Source: Asterias rubens
Lineage: Eukaryota
DNA length: 64,000 nucleotides
NCBI RefSeq assembly: GCF_902459465.1
Contig: NC_047062.1
Coordinates: 24,304,001-24,368,000 of the forward strand
Reading direction: 5' to 3'
Shown: positions 1-12,475 of the stretch, piece by piece
Layout of the letters: every line of letters starts with the position of its first letter
How positions within the stretch are numbered: the first letter of the stretch is position 1
Notes under the pieces: model-generated
The model's database searches: none
What the model was told of the DNA's origin: nothing
Seen by the model: only the letters and a program-made list of their open reading frames with translations
Translations under genes and position numbers: made by a program

Positions 1-2
1 AA

Positions 3-89
3 GCACTGAGTCAACGTATGGAAGAATTAACGGACATCAGACAGGAGCTGGATTCTAGATTCCAGCAGTGTATGGAATATGAGGCAGAG
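3..89 (+). CDS. Coiled-coil protein gene, internal exon (5' end cut by window edge): ALSQRMEELTDIRQELDSRFQQCMEYEAE
   Basis: Open frame 3 with E/Q/L/R-rich heptad-like sequence, ending at donor GAG|GTAGGA (phase 0), which joins in frame to the next exon. Confidence 0.8.
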
Positions 90-108
90 GTAGGAGATAC
101 CCAAAGAC

Positions 109-354
109 CAGGGCCCAATTTCATAGAGCTGCCAAGCACAACAATTTGCTTAGCATGAAATGTTTTGCCTTGATAAAAACAGGATTACCAACCACATTTC
201 CATGTGATTTTCAGGATAAGCAAACAACATCTGATTACCAGTAATAAGCACTATGCAACAAATGAAATTTTGTTGGTAATCCTGTTTTTATCAAGGAAGA
301 AATTTCATGCTAAGAAAATTTGCGAGCTTAGCAGCTCTATGAAATTGGGCCCTG
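109..354. mobile_element. Palindromic MITE, PIF/Harbinger (Tourist-like) type, copy 1
   Basis: Long TIRs GGCCCAATTTCATAGAGCTGC...GCAGCTCTATGAAATTGGGCC, flanked by CAG/CTG (CWG target). Two more copies in the window. Confidence 0.8.
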
Positions 355-590
355 TTCGCACTGTATCTACATGTATTATCCCTTTGAGAGGCTTCGGGAA
401 GGCACTGGGACCTTTGTGTCAATTCAATTCAAATTCTATTAGAAACACTTTAATCATCCTTTACAGGCAATTACAACAGTAGATCAGCTCCATATAAAAA
501 TATTAAGAGAAATGGGCATAGTCCCATTGCTCTTACAAAAATATCATAGTCCCATTGATATTTTGAATCTTTTGGTTAAAACAAAAGCAA

Positions 591-812
591 GGCAAGAATT
601 TCCCAAGTTTTAACGCTTACCCCTACTTCGAAGCAGTGGTGGCTGGGTGTGCCCAATTTTCGGGGGTAAAGATTGAGATACCCACAAACCCTTTTCGCAC
701 TGTCCCGGTTTCAAGAATACCCTAGGGATTTAATGCTTACCCCTACTCCAGGGCAGGGGTGGCTGTTCCTCAGGGTACCCCATTTGCTGGGGCAGACCTA
801 GGGTAAATTGCC
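591..812. repeat. Possible small TIR element in intron
   Basis: Imperfect terminal inverted repeats GGCAAGAATTTCCC...GGGTAAATTGCC and an internal direct repeat TTTAAYGCTTACCCCTACT x2. No TSD seen. Confidence 0.3.
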
Positions 813-1426
813 ATTATTCCCTGGAGGTTATGTTACATTCAGTTTCATTAACTCCATTTTTGTAACAGCAATGTTTCCCTTTTGGTTAAATCTCAAGTGT
901 TGTAAAGGTATGATCCTAACAATTACTAAGCAACATAAAGTGTAAGCACAGACTTATCATGCTAAGCAGTAACAGATAACCAGCCATCATTCCACAAAAT
1001 TTACATTGTTGCAATTTTTGTTCCACTTAGCAATGGACAATTTGTTAAAAGGTGTATTTTCTGAAAGTTTAATGAAATTTAGTCCAGGACCTTATGCTTA
1101 AAAGCATTCTACAGTTTGTCAGTTTTGTGCTGTATGAAGTGGTCAGGGACCGACTCTCGGTCCATAAGCTGAAGCCCCCTGATGAAAACTTCCTTCAGTT
1201 TTGCAAAAGTTTTACTTTCTCCAAATTTATTACCACAAAAAACTAGAGTGGGCCTGGGTCTACACTTGTACTAGAAGATGAAGCCCCCTAAAGCCTCCAT
1301 GCCCCCTGGTTCACAATTTGAGCTTACAATCTTCGAAAGAAAAAAAAATTCAGATCAACACAAAGTAATTAGTATAGGCCATAAACAAATCATTACAAAG
1401 TTTGTATACATTATTATTCTTTATAG

Positions 1427-1507
1427 ATTGAAGAAATAGAACGATACCTTGACAGAAGACAACAGCTTTGTAATAGCAAGGAGGAGGACCTTAGACGCCT
1501 TGATGAT
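1427..1507 (+). CDS. Coiled-coil protein gene, internal exon: IEEIERYLDRRQQLCNSKEEDLRRLDD
   Basis: Acceptor ttattctttatag|ATT, donor GAT|GTAAGT, phase 0/0, open frame. Confidence 0.85.
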
Positions 1508-1856
1508 GTAAGTATAGCAAACTGTATTGATACTGCAATGTACAAAGTTAGATTTCGTTAAAAATGTCAAAACAAAGTTATTGTCCTGACGTTTTGACGG
1601 TAGGAAGGCTCAATGACAACACAATATCTGTTAATGTTTGTTGTGTTGTCAATACTTTTTTGAGAAAGACTCTGCTAGGTTATTATTCACATTTTTTTTG
1701 CATTTACACCAAACAAAGATCATTTTGTTTGGTTGGTGAGCAGCTTGTAACAGCTTACATGTATTATATTGTCTCATTATAAATTTCATGATTAGCACTT
1801 ACTGCAGGGTAAGACATAAATTGTATGAAATGTTGTTCATTGCTTTTTTAATGTAG

Positions 1857-1942
1857 CAATTGGACACACTACAACAAGAACTTGAATTGGACAAGGAACG
1901 TCTAGAGAGGGCAGGCTTTGATGTGAAAAGCGTTGGATCAAG
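1857..1942 (+). CDS. Coiled-coil protein gene, internal exon: QLDTLQQELELDKERLERAGFDVKSVGS(R)
   Basis: Acceptor ttttttaatgtag|CAA, donor AG|GTATGG, phase 0/2. Confidence 0.85.
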
Positions 1943-2659
1943 GTATGGTGAAATATAAGAAGTAGTACATGTTTAGGACATTTAAAGAAAAATCAGCTTT
2001 ATCAAGAAGTTTGTTGTTAAGAAAGCTTATACTACAGGTCCTCCAAGAGAAGACAATTGCATTTTGAAGACCACTCAAATAAAATCACCATTGGCTATTT
2101 TGATTGGCTCTCTTGAACATGCACATCAAACTCACTAACACAGAAGGACTGTTTTTTCGTGTTGCTAAAACACATTTAAAATGGTTTGATGACGTTTTCC
2201 CTGTAGTTGGAAACTGCATTCTGTGCTTATTGAGGATGGGAATGAAACAAATCTTCCAAACTATTTCCCTTTAATATGGATGTGAATGGATCATTCAGTG
2301 AAATTGGAGAAACAACTTCTCTTCATCCACAAGATTTTGTGAAGTTCTTCACATTCACAGTAATTGATATTGACAAAGTTCACATTGTCTTATCATCACA
2401 ATAAGTCAATTTCCCTGCTGGTCATTACAGTTTTGTGGGTATTACCAAAGAATTCCCAAATGGCAACTTGGCATACATTCATGAGATGTTGGTACAACTT
2501 ATCAATACCCATAACAGATTCTGTGTAAGAGCAGCGCTTTTCATAACACGAGTTTCACGACTTCTTGGCAACTGATATAGTTGGCACAAAACCTGAAATT
2601 TCTGATGCAACTCTTTGATACACTCTTTATCATGAGTTTCTTTTGGTTTGAACCTGTAG

Positions 2660-2810
2660 GAAACGAGCATCAAGCTTCAAGTCATCTACAGAGAATGAGA
2701 ATGATGATTATATCCTGAAGACCAATCTCCGTAAATGTCAGGTTGACCTGAAGAAGGCAGAACAGATGCTGTTTGAGAAGGACATGGATGCAACTGATGC
2801 CAAAGAAGAG
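2660..2810 (+). CDS. Coiled-coil protein gene, internal exon: (R)KRASSFKSSTENENDDYILKTNLRKCQVDLKKAEQMLFEKDMDATDAKEE
   Basis: Acceptor aacctgtag|G completes the phase-2 codon AGG; donor GAG|GTAGGC, phase 0. Confidence 0.85.
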
Positions 2811-3335
2811 GTAGGCCTACGTGTATAACTTTGTAGCCCTTACTCAAAACAAACCAGATTAATACTCAACTTTAGGCAGAGTACATGAGTTGTACAAGAG
2901 TACAAGAGTTGTGTATCTTTTTAACATCAAAGAAATAGCAGTGCAAGTTGGTTCCTAAAAGCTCAAGTATATGTAACATTTATCAAGTAATGATCGCTCT
3001 GAAAAAAACTTCTGCTCAAAATTATTGTTTCTTTTTAAGAAAGTGAGTCACAATGCTAAAAAATGCCTTGAATAACGACAACATTTACACATAAACAGTA
3101 TGCATTTGAGATAAAGTAGTCTTTGTTTAAACAAAATTAATACAAATCTGGAAACTGAAAAGCACATAAAACTTTTACAGTATTCTTTAGTTTGCTGTGG
3201 TACTTTTAACCCAAGCTTGACATTTTATTCACCAATCTACATCCTCTTGTTCATACTCCTTAACATAAGAAGACGTTGAGTCTATTTCCATTCTTTCATA
3301 TTTGATGAACTCAACCTTCCTCTTCTCTCTGACAG

Positions 3336-3779
3336 ATATCATCGTTAGAAGCCCAAAAGAAAAAACACAAGGAAAAGATCAAGCAGCTTGAAACCCAACT
3401 GTCTGTTGCCTTAAGCCAACTGAAGAATCAAACAAACTCTGCGCACTCTCCAAATGCAACGCTTAACAGGCAGGCTTCCATGCGCTCCCATGTGAGCCTT
3501 GATCGTTTCAAATCACCCGGAGACCTAAGCATCAACCAGCAAGCTCAGTTGAATCGTTCCTTGTCAGGAAAAGATAAGGGTCGCACATCACCAGCAGCAA
3601 AGAAATATCTCAGCTTCAGTTCTTCCACAGTAAACTCTTCCCCTAAGAGTGAGAGTGACCATAGTAGGGGTTCATCGGAGGGTGCCCAACTGAACACAAA
3701 CACCCACGGCAATGATGCTAGTTGGCAGGACTCTGCTGCACAAACAAGAACTGTCAGTTCTACATGCTCAGTGATGTAG
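3336..3779 (+). CDS. Coiled-coil protein gene, terminal coding exon: ISSLEAQKKKHKEKIKQLETQL... then a Ser-rich disordered tail ending ...SSTCSVM*
   Basis: Strong pyrimidine acceptor ccttcctcttctctctgacag|ATA; in frame with track ORF 3480-3779; stop TAG. I cannot recognise the family. Confidence 0.85.
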   Translation: MSSLEAQKKKHKEKIKQLETQLSVALSQLKNQTNSAHSPNATLNRQASMRSHVSLDRFKSPGDLSINQQAQLNRSLSGKDKGRTSPAAKKYLSFSSSTVNSSPKSESDHSRGSSEGAQLNTNTHGNDASWQDSAAQTRTVSSTCSVM

Positions 3780-3833
3780 TTTGAATATTTATACCAGAAC
3801 TGTTGCCCCTGTGCAGTGACATGAACACCAATG

Positions 3834-4055
3834 CTAAGGGAGGTTTGTGGTAACACCATGTGAATATCTCTTCTGAGTAGTGTTGGTTCTCAAAAGAACT
3901 AGTGGTTAAAAACTTGACGTTTTGATCAGTATGCCCTGATCGTCTTCAGGATCAAACAGTACTGCTCAAAACATTGAGTTGATAACTAACGGTTCTAAAG
4001 AACCAACAATACTCAAAAGAGATGTTCACATGGTGTTACTGCAAACCTTCCTTAG
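3834..4055. repeat. Inverted repeat in 3'UTR (~90-bp arms, ~40-bp loop); possibly two Penelope-like terminal fragments head to head
   Basis: 3834-3925 is the near reverse complement of 3966-4055. The ACGTTTYGATCAGTATGC...GATCGTCTTC motif resembles Penelope-like element ends (tentative, from recall). Confidence 0.75.
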
Positions 4056-5018
4056 TAAACAAAATACTTCCAGTTTCAAATCTATACGTATAACACCAAT
4101 GCTGCCACATGTGAAAAGGCTGAGGGTGTTTTGTTTAACTGAATTGGTTGAAACAGATGATTAGGTCAGACATTCTAGCAAGTTTTCTTTTTTTAAATCG
4201 ACATCATGGTTTATTAAAAATTCATACTGCATGTGATGGAAAAGCTACAAGCCAGCCCTATCAATCAACACCTTTTAAATTCTTCTGGAAAATCTTTAAG
4301 CAAACTACTTTACATCTCCGAGTTTCCAGCAACTATTATGGCCAGTACCATTCAATACACAAATAATTTAAAGCAATTTATATGTTGGGTTGTTTTCAAG
4401 TTGGGGGGGGGGGGGGGGGGGGGTGGAGATATTAGTTATTAGTAAATGTGTGATCTTAAACAAAATTGTTAGTGTTGAAATGAAACACTAAACACTAACC
4501 ATTCTTTCTCAGGGTCCATGTACATAATGTAAAATAAACAAAAGCTTTTGATTATTTAACACACAAACACACTTTTCATACATATGTTATAAATACAGGA
4601 TTGGTAAGGATGAATAATTGAAAGCTTACTGATTAGGAAGTTCATACTTCTAACCATTTTTGTGTGTGAAATATTTCCCTCTGAAATCCAGAAAACATTA
4701 ACCTGAAAACCTAAACAAAACACAACAGCTGATTTTTGGTTACTGGGACAGTTGTTTACATGCTGAAAAGGGGCATGGTTTTTCACTTTTTTTCTCCTGA
4801 CTCGCACAACATATTAAGCCTAAATTTTCATAGGTTTGTTATTATCTGCAACATTGTCAGCTCTTTCAATTCTGTATGAAACCTTAAAATTGTTTTATTT
4901 GCTTTGTTGTATCCAAAAAGATTTCTCCTGGAAAAACCTTACTATTAAGAGAAGCCTGGGAGCCGCTTATTTGTACAAACTTTCTCAAGTAAAATCACAA
5001 CATTGCAAGATGATCAAG

Positions 5019-5405
5019 TTAAAGACAATGGACACTATTGGTAATTGTCAAAGACCAGTCTTCTGACTTGGTGTATCTCAACATATGCATAAAATAACAA
5101 ACTTGTGAACAAATTTCAGCTCAATTGGTCGTTGAAGTTGCGAGATAAAAATGAAAGAAAAAACACCCTTGTCACACGAAGTTGTGTGCTTTCAGATGCT
5201 TGATTTCGAGACCTCAAATTCTAAAACTGAGGTCTCGAAATCAAATTCGCGGAAAATTACTTCTTTCTCGTAAACTATGTCACTACAAAGGGAGCCTTTT
5301 CTCACAATGTATTTTACTATCAACCTCTCCCATTACTCGTTACCAAGTAAAGTTTTATGGTAATTATTATTTTGAGTAATAACCAATAGTGTCCACTGCC
5401 TTTAA
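5019..5405 (+). mobile_element. Kolobok/T2-type MITE (family A), full length
   Basis: TTAA at both ends, AG...CT termini, TIR AGRCAvTGGACACTATTGGTAATT, internal 16-bp perfect hairpin TGATTTCGAGACCTCA/TGAGGTCTCGAAATCA (5201-5243). Confidence 0.85.
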
Positions 5406-7089
5406 CAACTCATTGGGGGCCAAAGTTACGCAGCACATTCTGTGTACTAGGTACATTTTGATTTCATGTGAGCTATGTTCAGTATTGGAGGTATGGTTTA
5501 GTTGAAGTCAGTGTTCAGGATTGATGACTATTGGAAAAGCATTAAAATAGAATAATTTCAATCTGAAATAACACAAATTATGGATTTTGCAAGTAGTATT
5601 AACCAGTAGGCCTACCAGTAGTATTAACCAGTAGGCCATCCAGGGTATCATTTATTTGGAAAGTAACATGCCCTCTGTTGTCCCTGGTCTTGGCCTGGAT
5701 GCCCTTTAAAACTTTCCCATTGCTTTTAAGTTTTTCCAATGGAAGTGCCCTTTGCAATAATAATGTCTGAAGCTGAAAAAAATATCTTAACATTTACAAT
5801 TTTGTCATCGCTTTCATAAAAGGATTGCATATATAACTTGATGAAATGCTCAGTGGTTCATTGGCAAAGTGTTTTAGCGGACAATGAAAAAAGGATGACA
5901 AAAATAAACAATTACATTGAAATTTCACTTTGTTTGAAAAAATAAACCTAAAGCTGGTTCTCCCTTATATGATGCAATTCAATTGTTTTTTTTTAAACCA
6001 TGTGAACTCTGTTTTCAATAAGTGTGACCTTGTACATTCTTTAGTTAGTCTGGCAGGCAAGATACTGCACTGGTCATATGGGAAAGTTGACATTTGGTGT
6101 CATAACTTCCACATAAATCCAAGAATTATTAAAGTAAAAGCTAGATAAGTTTAGAGATGTGCCCCCCTTTCATCATATCAAAAGTTGATAAGAATTGGAC
6201 AGTGCAATCTCCATAAAATATAAGATTTTATGTTTCCTTCCATTGGACCGTGTACAAACTGTGCTTGTAGGAAGTCCAGGCTTTGTGGCTTTTTTGTAAA
6301 CATGTGATGTCTCAGGTCACATTGTATATAAACAAGGCTAATTGTATGGGGAATATGTTTGGCCAGTATCTGTATGTGATTATTTTTTGTTTTAAATGCA
6401 ATTCTTTGGTTGTATAAACAATACTTCTGCTGACTAACTTAATAACTATAGTTTCATTTTATTAAAATACCTTTCGAAATTGAAAAGGCTAAGTTGTTAT
6501 ACTGTGTATCTTTTCCTGAACACACTCTTGATCTTGACCAGCTGCAAACTTTGCTGCCTGGAATAAAGTTTATATTCACTCTGCCATCCACCTATAAAAC
6601 AGTCTTCCAGTCTCTTTTGAAGACGTGACCTGCATATGTAAGACAGAGCCACAAACTATGGACCCCTTCTTGAGATGCCCCCTACTGGAGCAAGAATGAA
6701 ATTGAGGACCTTGCATAGTACAATGATATGGCAAGGAGCTGTGTTCAGTTCTGGCTGAAACCCAACATCTAGTGTGTGGAAACGATAAGAAGAAGTCTCT
6801 TTTGTCAAAAACTAAACTGAGGAAGAGATTGTACTTCAAATGCTGTGAGCATGAACCTCCTTCTTACATTAATCAGCTGAATGTTTACGGGATACAAAAT
6901 ACATGTACATTGTATCTTTTCTTTGTTTTCTTTTGAAGAGCCTTCCATCCGATTCTAATTTTCATTCTGTTCATTTACATAGTTGATGTTGTTGCACTAC
7001 TCATTACATTTTGCCTTGCTGATAGAAATTAAAAGGCTAAACTAAATGAGAAATTGTTTAAAACAAAATACAAAAGCAAAGGATAAAGG

Positions 7090-7420
7090 TTGAAAGACAC
7101 TGGACACACTACTGGTAATTGTCAAAGACCAGTCTTCTCACTTGGTGTTTCTAAACATAGGTGCACAAAATAACACACCCTTTTGTCACACGAAGTTGTG
7201 TGCTTTCAGATGCTTGCTTTCGAGACCTCAAATTCTAAATCTGAGGTCTTGAAATCCAATTCATGGAGTATTACTTCTTTCTCAGAAACTACGTTACTTC
7301 AGAGGGAGCCGTTTCTCAAAATGTTTTATACCACCAACCTCTCCCAATTACTCATTACCAAGTAAGGTTTTATGCAAATAATTATTTTAAGTATTTACCA
7401 ATAGTGTCCAGTGCCTTTAA
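7090..7420 (+). mobile_element. Kolobok/T2-type MITE (family A), with internal deletion
   Basis: Same TIRs and body as 5019-5405; left TTAA mutated to TTGA. Confidence 0.8.
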
Positions 7421-9302
7421 ATAGTTTGGACTTACTCTCCCTGAAATTGTAGGTAGTTTCTTCTCCAGTTGGATGATGTCACATGTCTTCCATTGAGAAT
7501 CCCAAGGTGGTATTTGATGGTAAAAGGGCCTGAAGCAATAAAATACAAGCACTTCATATTAAGTTATCTCAGAGGATTGTGCATTCATGATGTAGGTGGA
7601 TCAACTTAGTTGCTTAATTGCTGAAACTAAAATTAGTCATTTGAGCACTAAAATCTTTTTCTTTGTGTTTCAAACTGTGACAACCCTATTTGATGACTTT
7701 CGGAGATTAATAATAAAATTATTGAATGGAAGAAACTTGAATACCCCTAGCTTAAGTCATCTAATCAAAACCCTCAAAATATTACGAATTTGTGAGTGAC
7801 CTACCAGCCAGAATACTACAGTATTTAGCCAAGCAGACGCAGCTTCTCACAACCATGAAGATAACCAATTGGATTGTTTATGTTTCGAAATTGGTTTTTC
7901 AGTTCCAAGGACTAAAGTTTGGTTGTTATCTTCCATTTTCTGATTCAGCACCACAAACTAGCAGAAACGGGTATATCAACTTTTACTAAAAAATGCCGCT
8001 TGGTAATTATCCTTATGGTTCAAAAAGTTTATCTTGACTGGAATTGAAATACAAAGTGCGCCCTCTGTTGACTAGTTTTAAGTGTGTCTTTCATTTTCGA
8101 TATTTTTTGTTACACAAAAATGAATGAGCGTATTAAAGTGCCATTATATTATTCTCATTTCGACAGGTCAAAACAAAATTAGCAGAAGACCACAACACTA
8201 AGTTGTGTTTACTGTATCACAGAACGGACTGTTAGTACCAAAATGGTAGTTTTAAGTAGGCCCTTCTGTATATTTTACATAAGTTATTATGGATTTAAAG
8301 TTAAAAACAAATTTGAATAGTGCATGCAAACTTGTGTAATGACAACAAAACGGTTGCATAGGTTTTTTGAAAGAGTCACGTATAGCAATATCAATGTTAG
8401 CTTTTTCTTTTGATATATTATTCATTTTCTTGCCTTAAAAGATAGGAAAAGAAATAAAACCGGATTGGAGGAAAACCTGTAGATCAACATCAAATTAAAA
8501 TGTCGCCCTCTTGTGATTGTTTCATTGAACCCGATGCGCCTTCATAGTCGTTATACTTTATTTTTTGTTACTGCAACAATACCAGATTAAATGTAATTCT
8601 TTATTAAAACAACAGGAGAATATACATAAACTGTGTTCATGAGAACAACGACATTTCAACGTTTAAAAAAATATTGAAACTTTGAAATATTAAAACAACG
8701 TTTTAACATGTCTGTTTAATAACAGCAATAGCGCTATACCTGTTCATAGAAATAAAGTCGTTTGTGTGTAAATTTCAAGAAGTGCTTAGCAGCATTAAAC
8801 GTTATTTAAGTTTCCCAAGCAAATAAAACTCAAGCAAATAGTACTGCCATAAAGACTACAGTTAAACCTAGTCAAAGCTACCCTTTGAGCTCTGAGGTTA
8901 AAGATAAATTGCAGGATTTGCAACCCATAAAAATGAATAAATTAAATAAATAAATAAATAAAACAGAGTATCAATATGAGAGCTCAAGTACTGATCTTGT
9001 CGGCACATGCTTCCAAAAGCGTTTTCCATACGTTACGAGGGTGTGTTTTGCACTTTCTCAACAATATTGTTTTTTTATCAAATCAAGGTATTGCCTAGAT
9101 TCATTAAAGCTTTTTGGTTTTATAAATAATACGCATTGTTGCTTCATACACCTTTGATATACCGATTTGAAACAAAGGATACAGAGTTGTTTTCCTGTTC
9201 CCTCTCAAATAACTGACCCTTAATATTGACACCCCTCTATGATCTGTGGCATGGTCCAGCTCAGGATATCAAGGTATGAGCTGACTGGTGTGTACGACGA
9301 GG

Positions 9303-9669
9303 TTAAAGACACTGGACACTATCGGTAATGGCAAAGACCAGTCTTCTCAACATCGTTGCATTAATAACAAACCTGTGAAAATATTTGAGCTCAGTTGGTC
9401 ATCGAAGTTGTGAAATAGTGAAAAAAAAACACCCTCGTCTTATGAGGTTGTGTGCTTTCAGATGCGTGATTTCAAGAACTCAAAATCTAATTCCGAGGTC
9501 TCGAAATCAAATTCGTGGAAAATTACTTCTTTATCAAATACTATGTTACTTCAGAGGTAGCCGTGTCTTACAATGGTTTATACTATCAAAAGCTCCCAAT
9601 TACTCTTTACTAATTAAAGTTTAATGCACATTAATTTGAGTAATTACCAACAGTGTCCACTGCCTTTAA
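9303..9669 (+). mobile_element. Kolobok/T2-type MITE (family A)
   Basis: TTAA...TTAA, same TIRs and body. Confidence 0.85.
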
Positions 9670-10420
9670 TGCAATGATTTAAGACAATGAAATAATAACA
9701 TGTCAGCATGTTCTGACAGCGTTCCTCGATGGAAGGCAAGGTCGATCATCTTTAAAAAAAAAATCGGCTAAAAGACTGGTATACTTTTTGTGGAAAAGCA
9801 GTTTTTTAAAGCTGCTTTTTCAAAAATATAAAACTTTTTTAACAGTCTATATCTTTTAAAGACCCATGCCATAATACCAACTGCTTATTCGATTGTAGCA
9901 ATCGAAAAAAGTCAGAGATGCCACTTTATGTTGTAAAAAAAAAAAAAAAAAAAATTAACTTTGGTTAAAATACTATCACAAGTATACCAACGAATATGTT
10001 TGAGAAATTGAAGAGTTCTGTGTTTGAAGTAATAAGTAGGTAATCGGATGATAATGCGATAATGCCCATTGATTCGCTGCTTCTTTTTCCAGTTACGGTA
10101 TGACAATAATTGTTTTCTGGAAGAGTATTCTTTTCAATCCTGAATGCACACTATTATACACACAACTAAATATAACTGCAACTATAAACGCAACCAAAAT
10201 GTGAAACAGGCCAGGTCGTCAAATTTTAGTGACGTCTCGTCAGAGAGTTTGTTCGCATTCATGCGGGTTTATTTCAGCAATAATAATAAATGTTCTCAAT
10301 TGTGACAGTATTTTGAGAAGGGAAAAGGCTTGCAGGAGGTTAGGTACTCTAGAAAAAGTCAGCCTTTATACAGAACCACTGTTAAATTTTGTTTACATGC
10401 ACCAATACCCCTCTTTGTCT

Positions 10421-10765
10421 TTAAATGCACTAGACACTATTTGGTAATTACTCAATTTGGCATAAAAATGTACTTGGCAACAAGCAATGGAGAGCTGTTG
10501 ATAGTATAAAACATAGTGATAAAAACAGCTTCCTCTGAAGTAACTTTATTTTTTTGAAATATGTAATTTCTTACTCAAAGATTGAAAGACTTCAGGCCTG
10601 ATGTTGTGCAACAATGTTTTTTTTCCCTGTCATTGCGTTCTTGCAACTTCGATGACCAATTGAGCCTAAATTTTCACAGGTTATGTTATTTTATGCATAC
10701 AAATGTTGGGATACACCAAGTGAGAATTCTGGTCTTTGACAATTACCAAAGGTGTACAATGCTAA
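10421..10765 (-). mobile_element. Kolobok/T2-type MITE, diverged subfamily B
   Basis: Reverse-complement similarity to family A ends; central region carries GACTTCAGGCCTGA instead of the family A hairpin. Confidence 0.7.
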
Positions 10766-11189
10766 AATGGTCTAGCAGCCGCAGTGCATCTGAAAACGTC
10801 AATCAAGCAAGCAATGCTGTTTTTGACTATCGCGAGATTCTATCTAGTTGCTGGGATCTTTATTTCATCGCTGTCTGTGATGTGCGTATTGTCTGATTCG
10901 AGTGTTGTTTTGACTTTTGAAGGTTTAATTCCCAGAAAATAACACCGACACTCCATTGAAATTGGCGGTCAGTTTATCTGTCCACGGTCACTAGAAACAA
11001 TAAATGAATAAACTGTATCGCCGTATTCAGTATTTTCTTTCCCTTGATGGACTCCTTGATAAAGAGCTCCATCATACATGTGACAGGGTTAGATGTAAAT
11101 CTCAATTCTAATATACTGGATTTACTTGGAGGGCAAGATGAGGCAGGGTTCCATATTCAAGGCACTGCAAATATTCTGTAACCTAGTCC

Positions 11190-11349
11190 TAACATTTGTT
11201 CTGGCTTCTGAATGGCACCCTGAATAATAATGTTAAAATATAGAGAGACTGCCAACAGTGTGCTGGGTAGCTCAGTTGGTATAGCGTCTGTTTGTTAATC
11301 TGGAGGCCGAAGGTTCAAGTCCTGCTCGAGTCAATTTTTCAAACCCAAA
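11190..11349 (+). mobile_element. Repeat with a 3' tRNA(Asn, GTT)-like module (SINE-like), diverged copy
   Basis: A-box TAGCTCAGTTGGT, B-box GGTTCAAGTCC, GTT in the anticodon position; upstream leader GGCTTCTGAATGGCACCC is shared with the 31.0-31.3 kb copy. Confidence 0.7.
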
Positions 11350-11682
11350 CTTTTTGTTTTCCTGTACTTATTACTTCAAGCGCAATGCTTCACAACTCAC
11401 CGGTCTGCCACTCTTAAAAGTTCCCGGGTCAGAGTTGACCCGCAGTCCCGGGGGCCTGACTCATTTGTGGATCAGGCTTTCAAGAAAACTGGTTCTATAA
11501 GGGTTGTTTTTGAACTTCGACCATCTGTGTAATTCTGACACCCAGATTCGGGTCATACCGACCGGGAAATGGGTCAGGTCCCGGTTCAATTCCAACCCGG
11601 GAGATTTTTTGCTTAAGTTGAAAGGGCAAGAACTAGTACTTGTTTTTTATCCTCTATGCACAAAGTACAAAATAGCTGATAG

Positions 11683-12051
11683 TTAAAGACACTGGACACT
11701 ATTGGTAATTGTCAAAGACCAGTCTTCTCACTTGGTGTATCTCAACATTATGCAAAAAACAACAACCCTGTGAAAATTTGAGCTCAATTGGTCGTCGAAG
11801 TTGCGAGATAATAATGAAAGAGAAAACACCCTTGTTACACGAAGTTGTGTGCTTTCAGATGCTTGATTTCGAGACTTCAAATTCTAAATCTGAGGTCTCG
11901 AGATCAAATTCGTGGAAAATTACTTCTTTCTCAGAGGGAGCCGTTTCTCACAATGTGTTATACTATCAACAGCTCTCTATATCTGTAACCAAGTAAGGTT
12001 TTATGCTAAAAATTATTTTGAGAACTTACCAATAGTGTCCACTGCCTTTAA
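11683..12051 (+). mobile_element. Kolobok/T2-type MITE (family A)
   Basis: TTAA...TTAA, same TIRs and body. Confidence 0.85.
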
Positions 12052-12225
12052 TCACTCTTGTTTTGTCACTTACACTATGCCTACAGTTTGATACTTTCTT
12101 CCAAGACCTCGCACAACACATTAGGTTTCATCTCTTGGATAGTGTGACACCCAATCTCACTCTCACACTTTACTCTGTTATATACGTCGTGGTTATTAAA
12201 CTTGCACTTTTTTTCGATCACAATC

Positions 12226-12475
12226 CAGGGCCCAATTTCATAAAGCCTGTATTAAGCACGAAAATTTGCTTAGCATGAAACTTCTTCCTTGATAAAAACA
12301 GGATTACGAACCAAATTTTCTTTTGTTGCATATTGCTAGATATTGGTATTTAAATGTTATTTGCTAAATCCTGAAAATCACGTGGAAATTTGGTTGGTAA
12401 TCCTGTTTTATCAAGGAATAAATCTCATGCTAAGCAGATTCTTTTAGCTTACAGGCTATATGAAATGGGGCCCAG
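12226..12475. mobile_element. Palindromic Harbinger-type MITE, copy 2
   Basis: GGCCC...GGGCC termini with CAG target-site duplication; same body as 109-354. Confidence 0.8.
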
